Source of the DNA: an uncultured virus (IMG/VR IMGVR_UViG_3300017917_002187) | Taxonomy: Duplodnaviria > Heunggongvirae > Uroviricota > Caudoviricetes | DNA: 20,000 nucleotides | Virus record (IMG/VR): IMGVR_UViG_3300017917_002187 | Direction: 5' to 3' (one strand) | Notes under the pieces: model-generated | Seen by the model: the letters and a program-made list of their open reading frames with translations, nothing else | Told to the model about the DNA's origin: nothing | Databases searched by the model: none | Program-made: the position numbers and the translations under genes | Part shown: positions 1 through 8,472 of the stretch, piece by piece | How the letters are laid out: each line of letters opens with the position of its first letter | Numbering within the stretch: the stretch's first letter is position 1

Positions 1-446
1 GTATCTTTTGCTGATTTGTGAAGAATACCTTCACCACCATCTTCAATCCACCCGTTGATGTTGTCTTCTCTATCATCGATTAAAATGTGATTAGGTGATG
101 CAAATTCTCTTTTACGTGATGCACTTCTAAGGATTAATGGTACACCTGGTAGTTCTCTTTCAACCCAATCAAATTTACCTACTCTTGAGTCGTTACTCCT
201 TGAGGGTGCCGATAAAAGTGTTGGTTTATATTTGGATATTACATCCCATAATTCTTTACCATCTGGCATCCACTCCATGTTTACCCAAAACTCGTAACCA
301 GCACTATTAATTGGGTCCCAAAAACTTTTATCGTTTAAGTGTCTACCTGCTAAATCTACACCAGTAAGATTGAAATATGCTTTTTCAAAGTTGGTTAAAA
401 CACCATCCATATCACAATATATCTTGTATTGTTTTTCTTCACTCAT
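1..446 (-). CDS. HAD-family 5'(3')-deoxyribonucleotidase-like protein (3' end runs off the window; not in ORF track)
   Basis: Manual translation from ATG at 446: MSEEKQYKIYCDMDGVLTNFEKAYF...LLSAPSR...ILIDDREDNINGWIEDGGEGILHKSA. Has HAD motif I DxDGV and motif IV LIDD, typical of phage NT5C-like nucleotidases. Frame is open to the window edge. Confidence 0.85.
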   Translation of the reverse strand, partial: MSEEKQYKIYCDMDGVLTNFEKAYFNLTGVDLAGRHLNDKSFWDPINSAGYEFWVNMEWMPDGKELWDVISKYKPTLLSAPSRSNDSRVGKFDWVERELPGVPLILRSASRKREFASPNHILIDDREDNINGWIEDGGEGILHKSAKD

Positions 447-451
447 GTGGA

Positions 452-459
452 CAAATGTA
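452..459 (-). promoter_or_regulatory. Bacteroidota-type -7 promoter element TACATTTG
   Basis: Matches TAnnTTTG, 5 nt upstream of the ATG at 446; no clear -33 TTTG. Confidence 0.6.
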
Positions 460-475
460 TGGTATTTTTTTAAAT

Positions 476-499
476 AAAAAAAAGACCCGAAGGTCTTTT
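476..499 (-). terminator. Rho-independent terminator with C(UUCG)G tetraloop
   Basis: Minus strand AAAAGACC-TTCG-GGTCTTTTTTTT directly after the stop of 510..839. Confidence 0.85.
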
Positions 500-509
500 C
501 TAATTTTTT

Positions 510-839
510 TTACCAATCTTCCTCATTTTCAGTGGGTTCGTCTTCATCTTCTTCATCATAAAACTCATCTTCCATATCAATTTCGGACTCCAATTCATCA
601 ATTAAGTAGTCGTAAACCAACTCTTCCGTGAGCCAAAATGGAATATCTTCATCACTATTTGACTCAAAGTGTTTAATGTCGATGTTTTCCCGGTCAATAT
701 AACCAATATCATTAAAGTCTTCGGAATAATCGGTGGTGTTAAATTTTTCAAAAGTGACATAAATTTCAAATTGTTCGTCACTTTCAGGATCAAATACATT
801 GATGACTTTGGTGTTTAGACCTTTTTTTGATTTTTTCAT
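510..839 (-). CDS. hypothetical protein with highly acidic C-terminus
   Basis: 109-aa ORF followed by a terminator; C-terminus ELESEIDMEDEFYDEEDEDEPTENEEDW. Confidence 0.75.
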   Translation of the reverse strand: MKKSKKGLNTKVINVFDPESDEQFEIYVTFEKFNTTDYSEDFNDIGYIDRENIDIKHFESNSDEDIPFWLTEELVYDYLIDELESEIDMEDEFYDEEDEDEPTENEEDW

Positions 840-842
840 TAT

Positions 843-880
843 AAAAAAAATGGATAATTATACAAAATATAATTATCCAT
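843..880 (-). terminator. 13-bp perfect inverted repeat plus U-tract (terminator and/or operator over a promoter-like TATATTTTG)
   Basis: ATGGATAATTATA-CAAAA-TATAATTATCCAT (850-880), followed on the minus strand by a T run (A run 843-850). Confidence 0.55.
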
Positions 881-904
881 AATTTTATGAAAATCCAATA
901 TTGG

Positions 905-1090
905 TTATAAAGATCCTAAAACGTCACCAGTGTTTGTATCAAAAACATAATATTTTCCATCCTGACCTTTACCAATTGCAATAGGTAAATCAGATTTCGT
1001 TTCTGTTTCTTGTTCTTGAGTTTCACTTTGATTAATATTCTCAACGATATTCTTAATATCTTTAAGTTTTAATTTAACGACTTTTGCCAT
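905..1090 (-). CDS. small hypothetical protein, putative late/virion class
   Basis: 61-aa ORF with A-rich start context and a TATTTAT motif 16 nt upstream. Confidence 0.7.
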   Translation of the reverse strand: MAKVVKLKLKDIKNIVENINQSETQEQETETKSDLPIAIGKGQDGKYYVFDTNTGDVLGSL

Positions 1091-1106
1091 GTTTTTACTT
1101 TTACTA

Positions 1107-1114
1107 ATAAATAT
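1107..1114 (-). promoter_or_regulatory. putative phage late promoter ATATTTAT
   Basis: Recurrent sense-strand TATTTAT motif upstream of a subset of genes. Confidence 0.55.
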
Positions 1115-1124
1115 CTTTAAAAAT

Positions 1125-1155
1125 AAAAAACCCCCAATTAGGGGGTTTATTTTTT
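1125..1155. terminator. Rho-independent terminator, potentially bidirectional
   Basis: AAACCCCC-AATTA-GGGGGTTT flanked by A and T tracts, right after the stop of 1154..1810. Confidence 0.85.
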
Positions 1156-1810
1156 ATCCAACAACATTTTTCATATCGTCAGCATGGTGATCAAGTGGTC
1201 CCAACTCGGAACCTATCGGTACATGTTTCATTAATGGATAAACCTCATTAGTCAAATCATATGGTCTAAATTCTGGGTGACCATCCATACCGATATCCAT
1301 TCTCCTACCACCACTGATTTTTTGATCATGTGGTAAATGACAATGACCATGTAAATGAATGCGACCATTTCGTAAATTATTCCAAGATGTTATCGGGTAA
1401 TGCATTATCTCAAAGGTGTGTCCATGGTATTCCAATCTCATAAAGTCCCGAACACTGGCAAATAGTCTTTGACAATTTTCACGATTTCTTTCAATATGAT
1501 GATCGTGATTACCAAAGATTAAATGTATTTCTTTACATAAAATCCTATCTCTGAATATTTGAATGTTCTCAAACCCACCAAAAGACCAATCCCCACCATG
1601 AATTAAAACATCATCCTCACCAACAACCCCATTTATGTTGTTGACGATTGCGTCGTTCATCTCATCAAGAGTCATAAAATCTCTAGTCTGATTCACTGGT
1701 ATTGATCCATCGGACATTTTCCAATTTGTAATCCCTCTACAGATATTAGTATGTCCGTAATGTGTGTCAGATGTTATCCAAACTTTTCTGTCTTTTCCTA
1801 TTTTTAACAT
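1154..1810 (-). CDS. calcineurin-like metallophosphoesterase (phage type)
   Basis: Motifs SDTHYGH, GGDW, GNHD, HYP, HLHGHCH. Confidence 0.9.
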   Translation of the reverse strand: MLKIGKDRKVWITSDTHYGHTNICRGITNWKMSDGSIPVNQTRDFMTLDEMNDAIVNNINGVVGEDDVLIHGGDWSFGGFENIQIFRDRILCKEIHLIFGNHDHHIERNRENCQRLFASVRDFMRLEYHGHTFEIMHYPITSWNNLRNGRIHLHGHCHLPHDQKISGGRRMDIGMDGHPEFRPYDLTNEVYPLMKHVPIGSELGPLDHHADDMKNVVG

Positions 1811-1817
1811 AATGGGA

Positions 1818-1849
1818 CAAATATAATACTTTTTAAAATATTATCCAAA
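1818..1849 (-). promoter_or_regulatory. Bacteroidota sigma70-type promoter (-33 TTTG, 20-nt spacer, -7 TATATTTG)
   Basis: TTTG at 1849-1846 and TATATTTG at 1825-1818, 7 nt upstream of the ATG at 1810. Confidence 0.75.
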
Positions 1850-1879
1850 AAAAAATCCCCGATTTCTCGGGGACTTTTT
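1847..1879 (-). terminator. Rho-independent terminator with GAAA tetraloop
   Basis: Minus strand TCCCCGA-GAAA-TCGGGGA-TTTTTTTTT at the end of 1879..3174. Confidence 0.85.
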
Positions 1880-3174
1880 TATTTAGTTAACTCTTTTACT
1901 ATTTTGTCTACCAGTTTTTGAACCGATTCTTGTAAACCTAAGTCATCAAGACCACCCTCAACTGAAGTATTTGCATAACTCAATAATTCTTCAAAACTAA
2001 TAGATTCGACTCTTTGTTTCAATTCATCACAAGCCGCGATAAAACCTTCTTTTATGTTAGTATCGTTCATTAAAACGAAATTAGGATTTTCTTTTGCCCC
2101 GGGTCTTAATTGTACGTTTTTTGAAACACTAATGTCGTTTAATGTTTTGAAACCATTCTTTAATCTATCATCAGTTTCAAGTTTTTCACCTAATTTAACT
2201 GACATGTTTATGTTCCAAACAAAACTATTTTCACCAGTAAATTCACCCATGATATTCATGTCCATCCTTACTGTTGCATCGATATTAGCCTCTTCAAAAT
2301 CTCTACTTTGTTTTTTTTGTATTGGTGTTAAACCTACAAATCTCTTGCTCATTTTTCTACCAGCATCGTAGTTAGGATATTTTGTATTGAATTGTCTAGA
2401 TATTCTAAGGTTCTTGGTATTTGTTGTTTCAAAATCACCCATGTCATTGTTAATAACAGTCTCTAAAAAATCAAACTTGTTTTCAAACAACGTACCTGCA
2501 AATAACCTAAAAGATATTTTATCATTTGAAAATTCAGGTGAATGTTGATCCCCATAACCTCTTAACCCTTGAAAAAGAGTATTCATTGTACCTTTTACTA
2601 AAGGTGAGAATGGGATTGTTTTTTTTCTAAAAACATCACTAACGTTTGGACCAAAAAGTTCTTCTCTCATTAGTTTACCAATAATGGTTTTGTTTTCTCT
2701 TTCAACCCTTTTTTCTAAATTTTCTTCAGGTGACACCTCATCACTTGTGGGTTTATCTTCTGGTTTTGACCATCCCTTTGAAGATAAAAATGATTTAAGT
2801 TCTTTACTTGGATAGTCGGTCTTTTTACATGGTGCGTAAAGAATTTCTTTAACAACCTCATCTGTAGAAGTACCATATTTGTTGTGATACTTTTCAGCCA
2901 AACCTTCCAACCACTCTTTATTGCTTTCGGTGAACTGAGCCAATTCCTGACAATCTAAACTAATAACGACTTGGTTAATTGATGGTATGTAATAACCGTC
3001 GGGTTCACCATACTCACCCGGTGGTGTTGGATTAGATGGGGAAAATATTGGTCCAAAATCACCTTTAGGTGCTTTATCTGTTCTTGTACCCTTAGGTCTT
3101 AAGGCCATTTCCTCCATATCACCTTGTACGGATTCTATTAAATTTTTAAGATAATCTTTTGTGATTTTATCCAT
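1879..3174 (-). CDS. hypothetical protein, putative late/virion-associated
   Basis: 431-aa ORF with TATTTATA upstream and its own terminator; no recognisable domain. Confidence 0.75.
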   Translation of the reverse strand: MDKITKDYLKNLIESVQGDMEEMALRPKGTRTDKAPKGDFGPIFSPSNPTPPGEYGEPDGYYIPSINQVVISLDCQELAQFTESNKEWLEGLAEKYHNKYGTSTDEVVKEILYAPCKKTDYPSKELKSFLSSKGWSKPEDKPTSDEVSPEENLEKRVERENKTIIGKLMREELFGPNVSDVFRKKTIPFSPLVKGTMNTLFQGLRGYGDQHSPEFSNDKISFRLFAGTLFENKFDFLETVINNDMGDFETTNTKNLRISRQFNTKYPNYDAGRKMSKRFVGLTPIQKKQSRDFEEANIDATVRMDMNIMGEFTGENSFVWNINMSVKLGEKLETDDRLKNGFKTLNDISVSKNVQLRPGAKENPNFVLMNDTNIKEGFIAACDELKQRVESISFEELLSYANTSVEGGLDDLGLQESVQKLVDKIVKELTK

Positions 3175-3180
3175 AATAAA

Positions 3181-3211
3181 ACGTTTTCTATATAAATACC
3201 AAGAAAAACGT
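3181..3211 (-). promoter_or_regulatory. putative late promoter TATTTATA inside an imperfect inverted repeat
   Basis: ACGTTTTCT-ATATAAATACCA-AGAAAAACGT on the plus strand; motif at 3191-3198. Confidence 0.55.
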
Positions 3212-3217
3212 ATTTTT

Positions 3218-3457
3218 TTACTTTAGATAAAGTAATTTTCTGATTTTCTCACCCAATTTTAGGTCATTTGGTGTGTCAATAATTACTTTTTTGGGTATAC
3301 AGATAATATTATCATCATTTTTCTCTTCAAAACAACCTAAACATAGTTGACCTACTCCCTCAATATAACCAATTCTATGGTCAATGTGTGTTTCGGTTGT
3401 GTAAATGGTTTCTTTACCACAAATCACGCAATTGTCGTGTGTAATTGACTTTTCCAT
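3218..3457 (-). CDS. small zinc-binding (CxxC...CxxC) phage protein
   Basis: CVICG...QLCLGC; 79 aa; upstream TTTG-N20-TATTTTTA promoter variant (3474-3505). Confidence 0.7.
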   Translation of the reverse strand: MEKSITHDNCVICGKETIYTTETHIDHRIGYIEGVGQLCLGCFEEKNDDNIICIPKKVIIDTPNDLKLGEKIRKLLYLK

Positions 3458-3505
3458 AATAATAAAATTTTGGTAAAAATAAGAATAAATTTATAAAAAA
3501 ACAAA

Positions 3506-4387
3506 TTAAGCCAAACTTCTTATTTTTGGTTCGGCCCCTCTATCATAACCTGAAACTACTTTTGCAACTAAATCACCAGTACCCCATGTTTTAAGAGACT
3601 CACATTTTGCAATATTTTCAGCACCGATGTCATTAATCAAACCATTAACAATACAGTTATATCTACCATTTTTTAATGTTTTAATTGTTGCAATAACACC
3701 ATCTTCGGCAGTTTGGTAGCTTTTCACACCATGACTATTAATTGTGACTGCTCCTGACATTTTTTGGGTTGTATTAAATGGATTGTATTTTCCACCACTA
3801 CCTTCAGCTTGTCTCCAAGCGAGCATGAATTTCATATTTTCGGGTGATACGGGTGCTCCAAGACCCTCCAATATCTTTTCATATACATTAGTATCAGTAA
3901 TACCCTGTACAGATATAGTCTTATCTATATATTTTTTCAAATCTTCAGATTTAACACCTTTTTGTTTTAGGTTTTCAACCAACTTTTTTAACATGTCAGG
4001 TGTTGCAACAGTGATTGGTGAACTTTCATCAAACTCAATACCATTATCTTGTTTAAATTTATTAACCGCCGACGCTGTTTCAGGACCAAATAACCCATCA
4101 ACCCCATATTTGGGTAGTTGATACCCTAAAAGTATTAAACCTATTTGCATTGACTCAACACCTTTTTGGAAATTGTATGAACCCTTTTCTTGTTGTGACA
4201 ATCCATTGGATTCTATTTCTTTCTCCAGTGTCTTATAGAAATCACTTACGTCATCAGATACCTCATCCGCTTTTTTAGGATCATCTTTTTTTCCAAATAG
4301 CCTATCTAAAAATCCTTCTTCAATAACCTTCTGTCCGTAAGTTATCGTATGTATTCTCTCAAGTTCCTCTTTTAATGTTTTTTTCAT
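3506..4387 (-). CDS. peptidoglycan-binding domain protein with lysozyme-like C-terminal domain (endolysin or virion muramidase)
   Basis: PGBD signature MQIGLILLGY...GVDGLFGPETASAVNKFKQDNG; C-terminal AWRQAEG...YNPFNTT...KSYQTAEDGVIATIKTL...RY resembles lysozyme/glucosaminidase-fold enzymes. Confidence 0.75.
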   Translation of the reverse strand: MKKTLKEELERIHTITYGQKVIEEGFLDRLFGKKDDPKKADEVSDDVSDFYKTLEKEIESNGLSQQEKGSYNFQKGVESMQIGLILLGYQLPKYGVDGLFGPETASAVNKFKQDNGIEFDESSPITVATPDMLKKLVENLKQKGVKSEDLKKYIDKTISVQGITDTNVYEKILEGLGAPVSPENMKFMLAWRQAEGSGGKYNPFNTTQKMSGAVTINSHGVKSYQTAEDGVIATIKTLKNGRYNCIVNGLINDIGAENIAKCESLKTWGTGDLVAKVVSGYDRGAEPKIRSLA

Positions 4388-4393
4388 ACATTA

Positions 4394-4401
4394 ATAAATA
4401 T
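4394..4401 (-). promoter_or_regulatory. putative late promoter ATATTTAT
   Basis: 6 nt upstream of the ATG at 4387. Confidence 0.5.
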
Positions 4402-4427
4402 CACTTTGAAGAGAAAATATTTGTGAA

Positions 4428-4793
4428 TTATTCGACAATGTCACCCTTTTGAATTGCGGTCCATAAAACCTTGTCAACATTTTTAACAATCATCATATGA
4501 CCATCTGGTTGTTGAATACACAACCAATTTATTGATGGGTCATTTTCATCAGATTCACCACTAACAACAACACCTATGGGTAAACCATAATCGGAACCTT
4601 TCCAAACTCTGGGTTGCACAACCGGTGTTGTTTCCTCTACTGCTGGTGATTTGGGTTGTTCAACTTTTGGTTGTGGACTTTCTAATAACTTTTCATCCGT
4701 TTTTTTAGAACCCTCAACGAAAAACAATGTGATTATTGAAACTAAAACAATAACAATAATAATACTTATTGATATACGTATTTTATCTATCAT
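4428..4793 (-). CDS. membrane-anchored hypothetical protein
   Basis: N-terminal hydrophobic helix ISISIIIVIVLVSIITLFFV, P/Q/E-rich linker, small globular C-terminus; ATGA overlap with the upstream gene. Confidence 0.75.
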   Translation of the reverse strand: MIDKIRISISIIIVIVLVSIITLFFVEGSKKTDEKLLESPQPKVEQPKSPAVEETTPVVQPRVWKGSDYGLPIGVVVSGESDENDPSINWLCIQQPDGHMMIVKNVDKVLWTAIQKGDIVE

Positions 4794-5368
4794 AACAAAT
4801 ACTTTAATATTTTATCCTTAATACCTGTTTGTTTTATTCCCTCATTTGAATTGGGTGTTAAAACAAAATTGGTTAACCCGTCATGATTGAAGATTTCATT
4901 TTCAAAAGGTTTTTTATCATAAATTCCCAAATTCAAATCGTCAACTGCAACCCAATGTGTAACTTCAGGGTGCTGGTTCAACCAATATTTTATCTCAATA
5001 ACACGTTCATGTTCAATGTGTGCGTAGTTATGAAACCTTTTCCACCAATCAGGATCAATGTCCTTAGTATGTGCGGTCATATCAATTGGTGCTTTAATCA
5101 CCCCTTTACTTAAATAATACCCCTGTAATTCTTCGAGAGTTGCATGATACCTCCAATCGGAACTAATAACATAATCGGCACCAGTCTCGGTTAATATTTC
5201 ATTTAATACTTCAATTGCTTTGGTATCAAAATTATCAAACCGGTGATCCATATCGTAAGAAGCTTTATGACCATTTTTAGCCATCCATTTTCTTAACTTC
5301 TTATGTCGGGTACCCCAATTATCCGATAAACAAATTACCCCATCATTATCTAAAAATAGTACTTTCAT
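4790..5368 (-). CDS. HAD domain protein, HAD_SAK_2 (Swiss Army Knife RNA-repair-like) type
   Basis: KVLFLDNDGV, VISSDWR, ERVIEIKYWL, WVAVDD. Confidence 0.8.
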   Translation of the reverse strand: MKVLFLDNDGVICLSDNWGTRHKKLRKWMAKNGHKASYDMDHRFDNFDTKAIEVLNEILTETGADYVISSDWRYHATLEELQGYYLSKGVIKAPIDMTAHTKDIDPDWWKRFHNYAHIEHERVIEIKYWLNQHPEVTHWVAVDDLNLGIYDKKPFENEIFNHDGLTNFVLTPNSNEGIKQTGIKDKILKYLL

Positions 5369-5400
5369 TTTTATTTTTTTTGTATTACTAAATCTTTTAT

Positions 5401-5979
5401 TTATTCTCCATAATTTAATTCAATTAGACTCTTACTTAATGTATTCAGTGCTTGTTTATAGTACACTTCATTAAATCCGTCTTTGTTTCTTGGAGAAGGT
5501 AAAACATGTATAAAATGATTACGTTGACAATATAACATGTCAGAATCATCATCTATTATGATATAGTTCTCCACACCAGAATCGTCTATGACTTTTTGTT
5601 GTTCTTCTTCTGACCAATTGATATGATTAAATTTTAAGTCTTTTTGAAGATAGTATTTTATTTCTAATCCTCTCGGTATAGTCATTTCAGAAGATCTTAA
5701 AGAAGGGGTAATCCCAATTATCTCACCACTCATTTTTTCCATCTCCCAAACTTTTCTCATGAATTCAATACCCCCCATTCTCCAAGTTGATGAAATTACA
5801 ATCTTAGCACCCGTTTCATCAATCAGTTTGTTTAGTAAATCTTTACTATGTGCGCAGAATTTTTGGTAATAATCTTTACGACCATCTTCCCAAATCCATT
5901 CTTGGTATTTACACTCACCATTACGATAAGCATTTTCACAATTCAAAACACCATCTATATCTAAGAATATGACCTTCAT
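5401..5979 (-). CDS. HAD domain protein, HAD_SAK_2 type (paralog of 4790..5368)
   Basis: KVIFLDIDGVLN, IVISSTWR, RGLEIKYYL, YIIIDDDSDM. Confidence 0.82.
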   Translation of the reverse strand: MKVIFLDIDGVLNCENAYRNGECKYQEWIWEDGRKDYYQKFCAHSKDLLNKLIDETGAKIVISSTWRMGGIEFMRKVWEMEKMSGEIIGITPSLRSSEMTIPRGLEIKYYLQKDLKFNHINWSEEEQQKVIDDSGVENYIIIDDDSDMLYCQRNHFIHVLPSPRNKDGFNEVYYKQALNTLSKSLIELNYGE

Positions 5980-6671
5980 TTTGTTACTTTCTTATTGTAT
6001 TTTTTAAACACATTGTAAAATTGTTTATGGTATTCGTTATAATATTTTTCATTCCAAGAACTTAGTTTAGCCGTTGACATGTAAGCTTGAATTTCATCAT
6101 TCACTATCTTATCATCATCGTGATAACCAATCTTTATTAGCTCTTTTTTAAAGTGTTTAAAAATAGATGGTTTGATGTGTGAAATCAAATAATCCATTTC
6201 AACTTTATAATGAACATTTGTGTAATATAAACCATGAGCAATTTCGTGGTCCATGGTTTTAGATGTGATTTTATCAACACCAATTAAATACCATTGAGTA
6301 TTTTCTTGGTCATCTTTACTTTTAACAATACTATCACAATGTTCTATAATCTCCCTCATTATGTCATCATATGAAGTTAAACTAGTTGAAAATAGCTTGT
6401 TTGATTTTATTAACATTTCCGAAGGCACATTGTAACCAGACCAATCTTCCGTATATGTGAAGTGAGTTTTTTTATTCTTTTCGGTGTATATTTTCATGAA
6501 ATCTTCCAAGGTAAAATATGTTCCCCTAATTTCATTAAATGGTGATTCATAATACTCTTGGTATCTACAAAACAACATTCCCCGATCATAGTCATTTTTT
6601 ATTACCGCAGCAAAGATATTTGGTAAAATTTCTTTTATCTCACCTTTAACTAATAAGTCGTCAATTTTCAT
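5976..6671 (-). CDS. hypothetical protein with HExxH motif (possible zincin metallopeptidase)
   Basis: DHEIAHGLYY plus a downstream DEIQAY candidate third ligand; coupled to both neighbours. Confidence 0.6.
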   Translation of the reverse strand: MKIDDLLVKGEIKEILPNIFAAVIKNDYDRGMLFCRYQEYYESPFNEIRGTYFTLEDFMKIYTEKNKKTHFTYTEDWSGYNVPSEMLIKSNKLFSTSLTSYDDIMREIIEHCDSIVKSKDDQENTQWYLIGVDKITSKTMDHEIAHGLYYTNVHYKVEMDYLISHIKPSIFKHFKKELIKIGYHDDDKIVNDEIQAYMSTAKLSSWNEKYYNEYHKQFYNVFKKYNKKVTK

Positions 6672-6985
6672 TACATTAGTGCTTTAATTTTCCAAAATTC
6701 ATACCACTTTCTTTTTTCAAATGGTTTACATTCTGAAAACGGGTTATCCCCATAGGCCACTTTGTTTAAGTATTTTGCGGATAAAACATTAAAGAATATC
6801 TCATGATATTTTGGATTTATTTCTTTAAAATCCGTGGTTATGTCAACACCAATTTCAACTGGTCCGTCTTCAGTGTAGACAACAAAATACTCTTTTAACC
6901 TAACCACTGTGGTTGAATTTACTTGTAAATAGTCTCCCCCACCAATGTTCACATTTAGCTTGCTGTGTATGTCTGCGTTTTTCAT
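6671..6985 (-). CDS. hypothetical protein
   Basis: 104-aa ORF, first gene of the 6985-4428 operon; TAATG coupling to the next gene. Confidence 0.7.
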   Translation of the reverse strand: MKNADIHSKLNVNIGGGDYLQVNSTTVVRLKEYFVVYTEDGPVEIGVDITTDFKEINPKYHEIFFNVLSAKYLNKVAYGDNPFSECKPFEKRKWYEFWKIKALM

Positions 6986-6999
6986 ATGATAAATTTAAA

Positions 7000-7030
7000 C
7001 AAATATAATAAGTTATTTTTGGATTACAAA
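7000..7030 (-). promoter_or_regulatory. Bacteroidota sigma70-type promoter (-33 TTTG, 19-nt spacer, -7 TATATTTG)
   Basis: TTTG at 7030-7027 and TATATTTG at 7007-7000. Confidence 0.75.
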
Positions 7031-7035
7031 TATCG

Positions 7036-8430
7036 TTAATTATTATTCAAAATATCAAATTTTTCTTTTATCCATGCAACCTTGTGATTATCAGACATTT
7101 TATTATTTAAAACAATAACAGCGTCTTCAAAAATACTATCAACGGCACTATTTGCCTTACCATACATTTGTATTAAATTCCCGTTTTTGTATTGGAGGTT
7201 TATTCTCTTTTTTTCGTGTTTCATACTTATGTAAACTGACATAATCCCGTGTTTAAATTCCTTTTTCATGCAGTTTTTCATGACATGACCCTCAATATTA
7301 AAATCCTCTTCCGTTTTCAAAATCTTTACTTCAAAAATCTTGTCTTTTATTTTTATATCAGATTCGATTTCATATAAAAAGTAATCCGGGAATGTGTATC
7401 TAATCCTATAACCCCTTTTATAGTGGTTTTTTAAATTACTCCACTCCTCAAATATTCTTTCAAACGACTCAAAATTTTTGGCATTGAATTTTATTTTCAT
7501 TCCTTTGTTTTCTAAAAATTCTCTGATGGATAATAATTCATTAATCATATCTATCACATTATCCCTGTCATCAATTTTATCCCAGTCGTTTATTAATAAT
7601 GCCATACTATTTTTTTCAAACTCGTCTTTTAGAATGTGTATTTTTTTGTTGTAAGTTTTTTTACCAGAGTGTCTTAACCAATCAAATTTTTTTATATAGT
7701 CAATGTGATTTTCACCAAACAACTTACAGATATAGTTTAGAGTTTTTATATTAACGTTGATGTTGGGTGACTTGTTGATTTCACCTACTAAATATTTTGA
7801 TTTTATCCCGTAAGAATCCAATACCGCAGGTAGAAATTTATTATCATTATTTTTAAACCACTTTGGTTTTGGGTACTCATTAATGATTGTCTTATATACA
7901 GAGTCGTGTGCTTTAATTTTTTTCTTATCTAAATGGAAATTAACTAACAAATCAAATAGTGGGTTTACTTGGTGTTTATCAAAATAATTGTGGGTTTTAT
8001 AATGGTTGTTTTCAATATGGGGTTGTAACTTATCAATCAATATTTGCGTTAAATTTATTATGTTTTTTTGATATCTATTACCCCAATAACCACTTCTTTT
8101 TTCTCCCTTGTAAAACCCATTTTCAACTAACTCATTTATATTACTGAAGTTGTTTCTACTTTTTTTGTTTTTGTTTAATTGATTTTTTCTTTTATCCAAA
8201 TTTTCTGTTGTTACTTGGTAATAACAATCTATATCACCATTTTTAACATTTATGGTAAATCCATGTGCTATTGTTAATTTGTTTTTTACAGAAAACCTAT
8301 GAAAATCAAATACGTATTTTGATATGTAATGTATAAGATTCTCAAATTCATATAAACGAATATCACACTCAGAGTGTGATTCATTTGACCTTAATGTTTT
8401 GGATTGTTGATATTGAAACAACATGTTCAT
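7036..8430 (-). CDS. PcfJ-like domain protein (paralog of 8473..10296)
   Basis: C-terminal ILKTEEDFNIEGHVMKNCM...QMYGKAN; shares KKIK..EYP..ND.K...LDSYG.KSK with its neighbour. Confidence 0.65.
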   Translation of the reverse strand: MNMLFQYQQSKTLRSNESHSECDIRLYEFENLIHYISKYVFDFHRFSVKNKLTIAHGFTINVKNGDIDCYYQVTTENLDKRKNQLNKNKKSRNNFSNINELVENGFYKGEKRSGYWGNRYQKNIINLTQILIDKLQPHIENNHYKTHNYFDKHQVNPLFDLLVNFHLDKKKIKAHDSVYKTIINEYPKPKWFKNNDNKFLPAVLDSYGIKSKYLVGEINKSPNINVNIKTLNYICKLFGENHIDYIKKFDWLRHSGKKTYNKKIHILKDEFEKNSMALLINDWDKIDDRDNVIDMINELLSIREFLENKGMKIKFNAKNFESFERIFEEWSNLKNHYKRGYRIRYTFPDYFLYEIESDIKIKDKIFEVKILKTEEDFNIEGHVMKNCMKKEFKHGIMSVYISMKHEKKRINLQYKNGNLIQMYGKANSAVDSIFEDAVIVLNNKMSDNHKVAWIKEKFDILNNN

Positions 8431-8472
8431 ATTTCAAAATATAAATGAACATATTGTAAAAGTGTATATTAA

